Shown: positions 36,985 to 49,025, counted from the first letter of the stretch. The stretch: DNA of 64,000 nucleotides from Eledone cirrhosa (GCA_964016885.1 OZ024765.1:3968001-4032000), one strand, 5' to 3'. Numbers and translations are program-made. The notes: generated from the sequence alone by a model not told the origin.

Positions 36985-39797
36985 CTAAAATATATATTTA
37001 AAAAAAAACAACAATTTAACATTACTCTATATATACTATTGTATTTTCACAGAAAAGGCTTTACCTCACATAATATCTCACATAACATTTACATTACTCT
37101 ATATATACTATTGTATTTTCACAGTAAAGTCTTTACCTCACATAATATCTCACATAACATTTACATTACTCTATATATACTATTGTATTTTCATGGTAAA
37201 GTCATTACCTCACATAATATCTCACATAACATTTACATTACTCTATATATACTATTGTATTTTCACAGAAAAGGCTTTACCTAACATAATATCTCACATA
37301 ACATTTACATTACTCTATATATACTATTATATTTTCATAGTAAAGGCTTTACCTCACATAATATCTCACTTAACATTTACATTACTCTATATATACTATT
37401 ATATTTTCATAGTAAAGGCTTTACCTCACATAATATCTCACATAACATTTACATTACTCTATGTTTACTATTATATTTTCATAGTAAAGGCTTTACCTCA
37501 CATAATATCTCACATAACATTTACATTACTCTATGTTTACTATTCTATTTTCACGGAAAAGGCTTTACCTTACATAACATCGAATCTAAGAGATTTTGAT
37601 ATTATTTATTTTGACAACAATACCTTAACAACAGTATGAGCAGCTGGTTACGGCCGGTTTGAACAAAAAGTGGTGAGAGAATTCTGGCTGGATATGGCCA
37701 GTTTAAATGCTAAAGGGTTAAGCTGCCATTTTTTAATTTGAAAATGGTGGGTTTTTTTCTCCAATATTTGAAGTGGTGAATGGATCATGGAGTGTGTGAT
37801 CTTAGCTATGTTCAGGTGGGTTGGTGGGTTTAAACTGTTGACTGTCACGTATATTTTACACAGCTATAGTTGCTGTGCCAGTTTTGTTTTCAGTAAAATG
37901 ACTATTTTGATTGACAAATGTCACATCAATAAACTAGTAACCCCATCTAGCTTTGAAGTTATGAACTGTTGGAAAGGAGTTCATAACTTTGAAGTTAGGA
38001 ACTGTTGGAAAAGAGTTCATAACTTTGAAGTTATGAACTGTTGGAAAGGAGTTCATAACTTTGAAGTTATGAACTGTTGGAAAGGAGTTCATAACTTTGA
38101 AGTTATGAACTGTTGGATAAGAGTTCATAGCTTTGAAGTTATGAACTGTTGGAAAGGAGTTCATAGCTTTGGAAAATAGTCCAAACATGTTAGTACGAGT
38201 TATCTTGTCTATAGTACTGAAGAGGTTTTAAAAAATCTGAAAAATTAATAAGTGCAGGGGTGGGCGATAATTATTTGAGACCCGACCTGAGTGTAAGCTT
38301 GAAGGTTTTTTCGTTAGATGCGCCAAAGATGTAACAAAAAACCTGCTATATTTACGTTTCTGGCAACAGAGCACAGTTCAATACCAATATCTATACCAGA
38401 ACTCTTTGCTCCAACACATACAATGTTCTTTCCAGAAAACTTCTTAGGGCTTCGGTAATCATGGCTGTGTAGTATCGTACCTTGGAACTTCTCCTGATCG
38501 AGAAATTTCGGAGAGTATGGCTCAGAAAAATGTCTGATACGGAAAAAATAGAATGAAAAAAAGAATGAAATAGTTGAATATATAAAATTGAAAATAAATC
38601 ATCATCATCATCATCATCATCACCGTTTTACGTCCATTCTTCCACGCTAGCATGGGTTAGACGGATTGTCCTGTTGTGGGCAGTGTCTGGTCGGCTGACC
38701 TTGTCTTGCTCATACAGGAACTGATTCTGGCTTGATTTCTTCAGCTGGATGCCCTTCCTAACACCAACCTCATTTACAGTGTGGGCTGGGTGCTTTTTCG
38801 TGGCGCCTACACGTCCACTTTACAGTGTGGGCTGGGTGCTTTTTTGCCGTGGCACCTCCACGACCACCTTGCGGTGGGGGGGTGTGGGGGCATATTGTCT
38901 ATATGCTTCAGCTTGTACCCATGGGAGGTCGGGTACTCTGTATTACTGTGTGACGCCAGAGGTCACGGTCGTGTGTCATTGTCTTTGAGAGGTGTAATGT
39001 GTTATAATGTGAAATAGTTATAATAATAGTGTTTGTCTTCTCTACACTTATTCCTGAGAAGAAAACCCCTACCACTGGGAAATATGTGGAAAAATCATTC
39101 TCTAATAATACTGATTTAGAAAAGCTCTATCATTGTGAAATATGTAGGAAATACAATGTTGTATATATCATCATCATCATCATCATCATTTAAAGTCTAT
39201 CTTCCACGCTAGCATGGGTTAGACGGGAATTGTCCCACTTGAGGCAAGATTGGTCGGCTGACCGTGTCTCACTCATATAGGAATATCTGGCAGGTTTTCT
39301 ATGGCTGGATGCCCTTCCTAACACCAACCACATTTACAGTGTGGAACTGGGAGCTTTTTACCGTGTCTCCTACACGACCACATTACAGCATGGACTGGGT
39401 GTTTTTTTTGTTGTGACACGTACACGACCTCATTAGTTTGGACTGGATGTTGTGGTACCAACATAACTTTACAGAGAAACGGTGGTGTTGGCGGGGGTGG
39501 AGTAGGGGTAGTGGGATGGGTATAATAGAAAAAGGAAGTTTTGGTTACATATGAAAAATAATTATTGTGTTACATGTGTTTCGCAGAAGATTGGCTCAAG
39601 GTGACCCATAGACCCATAGGAATTATTATATACACTCTGCATGTGGATAGGGTGGTTGATTTGGTACCAAGTATTTCACTGTCCTATATATATATATATA
39701 TAGTACGGTGATGATTTCCTTCGAATGAAACAGTTCTAGTCCTCTAGAAGCCATTTCTATATTAAATATTTATACTCTATGTATTGAGTACCTTATG

Positions 39798-39832
<35 letters not shown>

Positions 39833-41629
39833 GGTGTGGACGATATTTGTTCGCAATTTTCAACTGCTAATTTTATGCACATTTTTTTTACTTCCGTTGT
39901 CACTCTTGTCTTCATAAAAACAGTGACTATATTTCCATTATAATTGATTATGAATAATTTTGAACCTCCAAATTTGTGGAAGAGACACAGAGTTCTTCTT
40001 GGAATCCGTGCCGGGAGCACAAATAAGACCAGAAGATCAACTCCCAGAACAACAGGTGGCTCGCTGTCTCATCCAAAGACGTGCCCAGAGTCATGCAGAC
40101 AAAGTTTCCAGCGACAACATTGGTCTTAGGTGTCGTCATGCCACCTCACTTCTTCCCTGAGGGCCTCAAGCTGAACACTGATGGCTACATCCGCGTTCTG
40201 AGTGAGGTAGTAAAGCCCTGGATTTACCAGGTAGCTGCAGGTAGGCCGTACGTGTGGCAGCAAGACTCAGCGCCCTGCTATACCAGCCGAAAGACCCAAG
40301 CCTGGTTGTCAGAGAACTTCGTCGACCACACTTCACCTGACATCTGGCCTCCCAGCTCGCCTGACTGCAACCCCCCTCGACTTCTTTGTGTGGGGCACAG
40401 TAGAACGAGACACCAACAGATCTAGCTGCAATACGAAAGATGATCTGAAGGCCAGGATCACAAGTGCCTTTAGGGGCCTAAGTCGGGGGACAGTGACAAA
40501 GGCCTGTAGCCGGTTCCGAGGCCACCTTGAAGCCGTCATCAAAGCCAATGGCAGGTTTATCGAGTGAGATCGAAAGAACAAGTCATGAAGACAAACAGAC
40601 CCAAGTTTGATAGCTTTACGGTGGAGATGACGAAGGACCATGACAGGTGGAGAGATGTTGTGCTGAATAGGACCCATCCCACTCTTGCAAGCAGGGAAAA
40701 GCGGACGTAAGATGATGATGATGATGATGTATATATAAAGTACTTTATTTATAATATATTTATAAAGAAGAAGAATCTACTCACCCATTACATACAACAA
40801 CTGCATCAAACATTTCAGATTCCTTTGGAGATGGCTGTTGGCAGTTCTGGAAAGATATTTTCCATCTCACCTGGTTAGGAGGGCAGGCCTCACATAAACA
40901 TGGTTCCACTTGAATTACCTGAGTCTGGAACTAGAGAGGTAGTAGTAGTAGGAGGAAAAGTAATAATATATATATATATGGAGGCACATGGCTAATGGAG
41001 GCACATGGTTTAGTGGTTAGAGCATTGGCCTTGCAATCGAAAGGTTGGGAGTTCAATTCTCAGACCGGGTGATGTGTTGTTTCCTTGAGCAAGACACTTT
41101 ATTTCACATTGCTCCAGTTTACTCAGCTGCAGAAATGAGATGATAGGGACTGGGGTCCCTATCATTCCACTGCAAAGTGGTCGTGGAGGTGCCACGGCAA
41201 AAAAGCACCCAGCACACACTGTAAATGAGGTTGGTGTTAGGAAGGGCATCCAGCTGTAGAAATCAAGCCAGAATCAGTTCCCGTCCCACCCTTGCAAGCA
41301 GGGAAAAGCGGACGTAAAATGATGATGATGATGATGATATATATATATATATAGTAATAATAAATTTGAAGACTAAAATCTAAAGAGGGCTCGATAAGGA
41401 TAAATATATATCAGATATATAAGAACCATAGAGCAAATATTTATTAAAATAACAGATTAAAGTTTAAGCAAAGAATCGCTGCTTTCACCCTTAATGGGAT
41501 CTTCTGAAGTTCCCATTAAGGGCGAAAGCAGCGATTCTTTGCTTAAACTTTAATCTGTTATATATACATATATATATATATATATATACATATATATATA
41601 CATATATATATATATACATATATATATAC

Positions 41630-41662
<33 letters not shown>

Positions 41663-41701
41663 CATATATATATATACATATATATATATACATATATATA
41701 C

Positions 41702-41748
<47 letters not shown>

Positions 41749-41859
41749 CATATATATATACCCATATATATACCCATATATATATACATATATATATACA
41801 CATATATATACATATATATATACACATATATATACATATATATATACACATATATATAC

Positions 41860-41906
<47 letters not shown>

Positions 41907-41969
41907 CATATATATACATATATATATGTACATACATATATATATACATACATATATATATATATACAC

Positions 41970-42005
<36 letters not shown>

Positions 42006-42043
42006 ATACACATATATACATATATATATATACATATATATAC

Positions 42044-42082
<39 letters not shown>

Positions 42083-42117
42083 CATACATATATACATATA
42101 TATACATACATATATAC

Positions 42118-42164
<47 letters not shown>

Positions 42165-42573
42165 TATACATATATACATATATATACATATATACATATA
42201 TATATATACATATATATATATACATATATATACATATATATACATATATACATATATATATATATATACATACATATATATATATATATGTAGAGGTTAT
42301 ATTAATAAATGGAAATTATATTTATAAAACCATATTTATTTCATTATATTTATTTCACGAGCCACCAGAGCAAACTATGGTGCGCTTTCATCAGATAAAA
42401 TATAATATAGGTTAGTTTTATAAATGAATATTGACATATCCTTAAAAAATGCAACCATTCTGGTTGGAATCTCCTGGATAGTGGAGTTATTAGATTTATT
42501 GTTGGTTTATTATGCAAATTAGTGTTGGAAAGGTTTAAAAACAGTATATTTAAATTAAGCCGTTGGAATAGGG

Positions 42574-42609
<36 letters not shown>

Positions 42610-45600
42610 CTAATGGTAGCTAAGATGCGTCCATAGGCGGTATGCCGGTTGAGCACTCTATGCTCCTATGGAGCAGAGTATGACAGAAAGAGAGGATCTG
42701 CTCCGAAATAATCAAGACGTGTCCGAGGAACCTGCGAATCCAGAGTCAGGTAGATCCACACACAGATCCCACCTCAAGCTGTTTGCCGGGGAAACAGTTG
42801 TAATACGCAATAAATTGAGTTCCAATGCATCACTGATTTTTCGTTTTCCATTTTATATATTTCGATAGTTGATCAACAAGATCCCAGACCTCGTTTGCTT
42901 AACGAGTGGGTTGGAGCTCGTCAAATTGGACCAAGGAAACAATGTTTCCATTGGTCTTTCCAATTACTAATACTCGGAACAACGTGAAATAAAGTGTCTT
43001 GCTCAAGGACATAATGTATCGCCCAGCCTGGGAATCAAACTCAAGTTCGGGAACTACTATAGACACCTGTTTACGTGTGTTGTATTGAAGCGAATAACTA
43101 TGTGAATACTCTGGGAGTGTATTTTACATTACCTATTGAGTACGCTGAGATGCAACCAGTCCTAGCATTGACCTATGCTGGGTCTGTCAACTTCTTATTA
43201 TATATATATAGCGCGGATTGGCAGTATTGGTAGAGGGTCGGACGCCATGCTTTGCAGCATAGAGTTACAGCCCTTTATAATCTGAGTTCAAATCCCGCCA
43301 AGGTTAACTTTGCCTTTCATCCTTACGGGGTCGATAAAATAAAGTACCAGTAATGCACTGGGGTAATAACTGGCCTTGTGCCAAAAGTAGAAACAATTAT
43401 ATATATATATAGCGCGGATTGGCAGTATCGGTAGAGGGTCAGACGCCATGCTTTCCAGCATAGTTACGTCCCTTTACGATCTGAGTTCAAATCCCGCCGA
43501 GGTTGACTTTGCCTTTCATCCTTACGGGGTCGATAAAATAAAGTACCAGTAATGCACTGGGTAATTGCTGGCCTTGTGCCTAAAGTAGAAACAATCATAT
43601 ATATATAACGACTCCGGTCTCTTCCCCTGACCCCACTGTCCCCGGACCTGCAAGTCAAGGATCGGCCTCCACAGACTCCTTCGCGCCCACGGCAGACGGG
43701 AACAGCAATGAAGAAGATGTCATCATCGTTTACGATGGACAACCAAGAAGAAGAAGAGATGGTGTTAGTGATGGTGATGGTGGTAGTTAGTTATGATGAT
43801 GGTGATGGTGGTAGTTAGTTATGATGATGATGGTGGTGGTAGTGGTGGTGGTGGTGGTGGTGGTAATGATGGTGGTAGTTAGTTATGATGATGGTGATGG
43901 TGGTAGTTATGATGATGGTGGTAGTTAGTTATGATGATGATGGTGGTGGTAGTGGTGGTGGTGGTGGTAATGATGGTGGTAGTTAGTTATGATGATGGTG
44001 ATGGTAGTTATGATGATGGTGATGGTGTTAGTGATGATGATGGTGGTAGTTAGTTATGATGATGGTGATGGTGGTGGTAGTGGTTGTGGTGGTAATGATG
44101 GTGATGGTGGTAGTTATGATGATGGTGGTAGTGGTGGTGGTGGTGGTGATGATGGTGGTAGTTAGTTATGATGATGGTGATGGTAGTTATGATGATGGTA
44201 ATGGTGAAAGTTATGATAGTGGTGGTGGTGGTGGTGGTAGTTAGTAGTCAGACATTTTCCAATGGCAGTTCTTACTTTAATGTATTGGTGCAGATCAAAA
44301 TGGCGTGCGTAGTCCTCCAAATAGTTGAGAACCTCTGTGTGATGAAGGAAAGACGGGGCGTTGGTTGGGTAAGGAAAATCTTGGAATGACATGATATCTT
44401 TTGGTAGGTTGGTCCTGGATCGGTAACAGACAAGTTAAAGACATGTATGAAGATTTTATATACATTTGTTATATTATACTAGCAGAAAAACCACCCGACG
44501 GGTTGTTTTTCTGCTACTATGTGTAGTGTGCATATTGATATTATACACACACTGCCTGTGTAGTGTGCATATTGATATTATACACACACATAAATTTATG
44601 TACATGTAGATATGATACATCAAATGAAATCGTAATTGATAATATGCACAGAAATTGAAGGGAGACTGTGTTACACTGTCTTCTGTAATCAGTAAAGTAA
44701 TCCATGATACATTTAAAAAAGATGCTAGAAGAGCGAGGTCGATGTTAATATATGTTGATGCCCTAAGGACAGACACTGGTCTGTTGGAGACGCAGGACAT
44801 GGCAGCGATGATGAGGGACAGAGACTGCTGGAGAGAACTCATCCATGGATCTCAGGAATTTTAGCCGCCCTAGATAGATAGATATATATATATATAGGAA
44901 TGGAGTTTAGTGCAGAATTCCACATACAAGTAGGTGTACGTCAAGGTTCTGTCCTCGGCCCACTCCTTTTCATTATAGTCCTCCAGGCCAGAGGGACAGA
45001 GACCACTTGAGAGAACTCGTCCATGGATCTCAGGAATTTTACCCACCCTAGATAGTTAGATATATTCACACAAACACAAACACACACATTGTGTGACAGG
45101 CAGAAGTTCAAATTTATGTATAGACTAGTTGGCCACGAGCCGTTAAAAATGACAGCTAATTGTAATATCTATACATAATATAAAAAATAGATGTTTGTTT
45201 GTTGATTGGTGGGTTCCTTCCCACTCACTCACAAAGGTGATACAAACATACACACACACAGCTGTGACAAATCTTAGAATGCTGGACTTCTATAGTTTCT
45301 TACTCCCTCACCTTCCTCAGTCATCACATCAGTCGACGTAATCACCCCTTCCTTCCTCATCTGACGTAATCACCCCTTCCTTCCTCAGTCGACATAACCA
45401 CCCCTTCCTTCCTCAGTCGACGTAATCACCCCTTCCTTCCTCATCTGACGTAATCACCCCTTCCTTCCTCAGTCATCTCTAGTGTGTGACTGACAAATAC
45501 ATACAGCTTTTATATTAGTAGATGGTTCCATCACTACCACTTTACAAAGGGTGGACTGTGTGCTTTTTTTTTATCAAGGTACCTGTACTACAATTTTACA

Positions 45601-46212
45601 GGGGTTGGATTGTACTTTTTTTAACCATGGTACCAACACTACCACTTTATAGGGGGTGGACTGTGCTTTTTTATCAGGGTACCTGCATTACCACTTTAAA
45701 GGGGATGGGCTGTGTGCTTTTTTATCAGGGTACCTGCACTACTACTTTACAGGGGGTGGTACCAACACTACCACTTTACAGGGGGGTTGGCTGTGTGCTT
45801 TTTTATCATAGTATCTGCACTACCACTTTACAGGGGGTGGGCTGTGTGCTTTTTTATCATAGTATCTGCACTACCACTTTACAGGGGGTGGGCTGTGTGC
45901 TTTTTTTATCATGGTACCTGCACTACCACTTTACAGGGGGTGGTACCTGCACTACAAAAAAAGAAACTGCAGAAAAAAAACTCACTTGAGGTTTTCATAA
46001 ATATTACATTGGCGAGGTTGGTGTTTCTCCTTAAAGCTGACTTTATCGTTGTACACCCATGTTCCACCAATCTGACTTTGTTGTTCAAACCCTACAACCT
46101 CAAACGGTACCAAAATGCGTGAGACCTTTCCACTATTGTATGTTAAATGTTTCAACATGCACAAACCTGCTGCTCCACAGCCTATAACTGCTACTCTCTG
46201 TTCGAAGGCCAT
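36382..46212 (-). CDS. Flavin-containing monooxygenase (class B), 5 coding exons, 430 aa
   Basis: Exons 46212-45986, 44414-44276, 40930-40785, 38533-38356 and 36984-36382 total 1293 nt in frame, all GT-AG. Motifs: [10 protein letters not shown] (FAD), [30 protein letters not shown] (FMO motif), CTGY. Confidence 0.93.
37014..37721. mobile_element. piggyBac-like MITE with internal 72-bp array, abutting the FMO exon 5 acceptor
   Basis: About 8 units, then a right end TAAAGGG|TTAA. Confidence 0.8.
37950..38172. repeat. 36-bp palindromic minisatellite, about 6 copies
   Basis: Unit ctttgaagttatgaactgttggaaaggagttcataa; aagttatgaact/agttcataactt is self-complementary. Confidence 0.92.
38356..38533 (-). 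CDS. FMO coding exon 4 (FMO motif and NADPH loop)
   Basis: gtatcag|A CAT...AGAAAC|gtaaat; HFSEPYSP...[12 protein letters not shown]...[16 protein letters not shown]. Confidence 0.92.
39828..40570 (+). mobile_element. Decayed Tc1/mariner-superfamily transposon of DD37D (maT) type
   Basis: TA-CAGGGTG start; VWQQD-(37 aa)-D after correcting one extra C in the run at about 40371 ([17 protein letters not shown]). Confidence 0.8.
40785..40930 (-). CDS. FMO coding exon 3
   Basis: ctctctag|TTC...AATGG|gtgagt; [10 protein letters not shown]...RWKISF...[11 protein letters not shown]. Confidence 0.9.
40996..41338 (+). mobile_element. Full-length composite SINE: tRNA head, CORE-like domain, RTE-type tail
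   Basis: A box tggtttagtgg, B box gagttcaattc, ccttgagcaagacacttta domain, 3' cggacgtaaaa(tga)n shared with the RTE LINE tail at 30699-30750. Confidence 0.85.
42338..42401 (-). ncRNA. Type I hammerhead ribozyme-like motif (minimal stem III)
   Basis: ATTTTAT-CTGATGA-stem II-GAAA-taaata-TA-ATGAAAT; 7-bp stem I including one GU pair. Confidence 0.6.
44276..44414 (-). CDS. FMO coding exon 2
   Basis: atccag|G ACC...ATTAAA|gtaaga; [15 protein letters not shown]...[22 protein letters not shown]. Confidence 0.92.
45125..45522 (-). mobile_element. Probable non-autonomous Helitron-like element
   Basis: Minus strand starts A|TCTACTAATATAAAAGCTG; CTAG|T ends at 45125 and alternatively at 44479; internal 28-bp array. 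Confidence 0.5.
45525..45955. repeat. About 50-bp diverged minisatellite (SINE-derived unit)
   Basis: actaccactttacagggggtgggctgtgtgcttttttatc repeated. Confidence 0.85.
45986..46212 (-). CDS. FMO coding exon 1 (FAD-binding Rossmann fold)
   Basis: [16 protein letters not shown]...IGGTWVY...IYENLK, ends AA|gtgagt. Confidence 0.92.
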
Positions 46213-46854
46213 TTTAAAAGGAAGAAACCCTTCTTCATAGATTTATTTTCCCTTCTTGTTACCAAGTTCTGAGGCAGAGTGCTGGAATTCTGGAGTTTAA
46301 AGTTGATCTAGAAAAATGAAGAAGAGGGTGATATAAAATTTGGTTGTATCTTTGTAAGCTTTAATAATAATTGTTTCTACGTTTGGCACAAGGCCAGCAA
46401 TTACCCCAGTGCATTACTGGTACTTTATTTTATCAACCCCATAAGGATGAAAGGCAAAGTTAACCTCAGCGGGATTTGAACTCAGAATGGCAAGGGCCGT
46501 AACTCTATGCGTCAATGCATGGCGTCCGACCCTCTACCAATACTACCAATCCACCACCCTTAATAATAATGGTTTTTAATTTAAGCACAAGGCCAGCAAT
46601 TTTTGGGGAGGGGAAAGTCGATTAAATCGACCCAGTACATTACTGGTACTTTATTTTATCAACCCCGGTGGGATTTGAACTTGGAATATAAAGGGCTATA
46701 ACTCTATGGTGTAGCTAAAAGTGCAATCAGAAGTATTTTCATCTGAAATCATAGAAAGGACTTGTGGGCTAAAAAGTTCATAAGCTGACTACGAAGGGGT
46801 GATGCTAGAGCTGTGACCCCAATTTGTTCACCATACAGAGGGATGGGGAGGGCG

Positions 46855-47225
46855 AGAGTGATGAAGGTGGTGACAGTGGGAGTTTGGCTCCTCAGTGTTA
46901 GGACCTGGTGTACGTGAGAGAGATGGAGGTGGTGACAGTGGGAGTTTGGCTCCTCAGTGTTAGGACCTGGTGTACGTGAGAGAGATGGGGAGGGTGAGAG
47001 AGATGGAGGTGGTGACAGTGGGAGTTTGGCTCCTCAGTGTTAGGACCTGGTGTACATGAGAGAGATGGGGAGGGTGAGAGAGATGGAGGTGGTGACAGTG
47101 GGAGTTTGGCTCCTCTGTGTCCGGACCTGGTGTACATGAGAGATGGGGAGGGTGAGAGAGGTGGAGGTGATGACTGGGAGTTTCGCTCCTCCGTGTTAGG
47201 ACCTGGTTTAAGTATGAGAGATGGG
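46855..47225. repeat. 60-80-bp G-rich tandem repeat, about 5 copies
   Basis: ggtggtgacagtgggagtttggctcctcagtgttaggacctggtgtac repeated. Confidence 0.85.
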
Positions 47226-47717
47226 GACGATCAGAGTTCGACTCTTCCACGTTCGGACCATATCCTTGTGGTTGTGTTTAACAGTAATTCTATACTAAGA
47301 ACGTATGTTAATAGTACTACTGCTATAACTACCTCTGCCGGTACCTACTGCCCAGCTCGGACTCCACACAACACAGAAGCCTTATTGAACACTATATTCA
47401 TTTGTGAATACTACAATCAAACTTTATATTTACGATACAAAGTGTCGGATGAGGTTTAGTGTGAGGCCTGTACCATATGTTGTTCCTGTACAAAGTTTTA
47501 CGTAAACTGGTTAATATTTTTTTTATAGAAAATTAATTTATTGTTATAATCAGCCATCAATAAATATTTATGTTAGGTATATCTGCTGTTATAATATAAA
47601 TAATTTCTAAAGAGAGAAAAAAGTAGAAGAAAACAGTGTCCGAGGAGGGAAGGCCCTTGCATTGTTTCAAACATTACAACAACGGAAGAAGGAATTTACG
47701 AACGAAACATTTATTAT

Positions 47718-47901
47718 ACGAGTGTCGGGTGAAAAGTTCATCGTTAACTATGAACAAGTGATGCCAGAGCTGTGAAATCTTGCATGTGTATTAAGAATTG
47801 TATCATGTTTATTTCTAGTGAGTATGTTGAAAAATAAACCTCAGTTGGTCAGTCCATGAGGGTATCTTAGACAGCCTATGAACTTTTCAGCCAACCCTCG
47901 T
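47718..47901. mobile_element. Mariner-like MITE, probable parent family of the 88-bp satellite
   Basis: tacgagtgtcgggtgaaaagttcat ... atgaacttttcagccaaccctcgt TIRs; the interior matches both halves of the 88-bp unit. Confidence 0.75.
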
Positions 47902-48333
47902 TTGTACATAAGTCCCCTTATTTTACATGTTTTATGGACTCCCTAAAAATGTAGTTGGTGGGATTTGAGCTGAAATTATATAATAGAAGGACTTACTTGA
48001 TGAATAAACTCCGTCCTCTGTTTATAAAGTTGTATGAAAGCAGGAAGGTAGTCGATGGGTAGGCTGTTGGGTGGCTAGGTCAACATACGTAGATTACAAA
48101 CGAACGACCTTGTATGAACGAGCAGTGTATATGCATATATATATATATATAAGTGTCGTGTGTGAACAAACTTGATATATTTATCTAAAGTTTTTCAGCA
48201 GTAGATAAACATACGAAATATATTTTATACGAAAATACACGAAAGTTAGCGTCCTTTCGTGTGAGCGGTGAAGTAGCGGAGTTGTTAAAGCGTCGGATAG
48301 AAAAATTGAAGACAGAGATGGGGGCCCCTTTTC

Positions 48334-48803
48334 GTGTTGAAATACCTCATTAAACCTGTAATATGGTGTTGAAAGACCTCAAACTTGTAATATTGTGTTA
48401 AAAGACCTCATTAAACTTGTAATATTGTGTTAAAAGACCTAATTAAACTTGTAATATCGTGTTGAAAGACCCTATTAAACTTGTAATATCGTGAAGAAAG
48501 ACCGCATTAACTAATTAAACTTGTAATATAGTGTTGAAAGACCTCATTAAACCTGTAATATTGTGTTGAAAGACCTCAAACTTGTAATATAGTGTTGAAA
48601 GACCTCAAACTTGTAATATTGTGTTGAAAGACCTCATTAAACCTGTAATATAGTGTTGAAAGACCTCATTAAACCTGTAATATTGTGTTGAAAGACCTCA
48701 AACTTGTAATATAGTGTTGAAAGACCTCAAACTTGTAATATTGTGTTGAAAGACCTCATTAAACCTGTAATATAGTGTTGAAAGACCTCATTAAACTTGT
48801 AAT
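48334..48803. repeat. 28-32-bp minisatellite, about 15 copies
   Basis: gtgttgaaagacctcattaaacctgtaatata repeated. Confidence 0.92.
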
Positions 48804-48993
48804 TATAATAAGGCCACATTCAAGAAACCCAGATTCGCCAACACTACATCTAATGTTCCCCCTCCATACACATACACACATGTATATCATGACTCATACA
48901 CTATTCACTTCCCTGACATTTGTATATTATTATATGTACTATACATGCACCTTTGATGAGTTGTAGTGCACCTGAGCACTTTACACAATAATT

Positions 48994-49025
<32 letters not shown>

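Noticed and set aside
40996-41070. tRNA gene
   Set aside because: A and B boxes continue into a SINE body and no complete cloverleaf is present; treated as a SINE head
48029-48055. GTTGTATGAAAG resembles the 5' end of U6atac snRNA
   Set aside because: The following conserved GGAGAGAAGGTTAGC box and the downstream stems do not match
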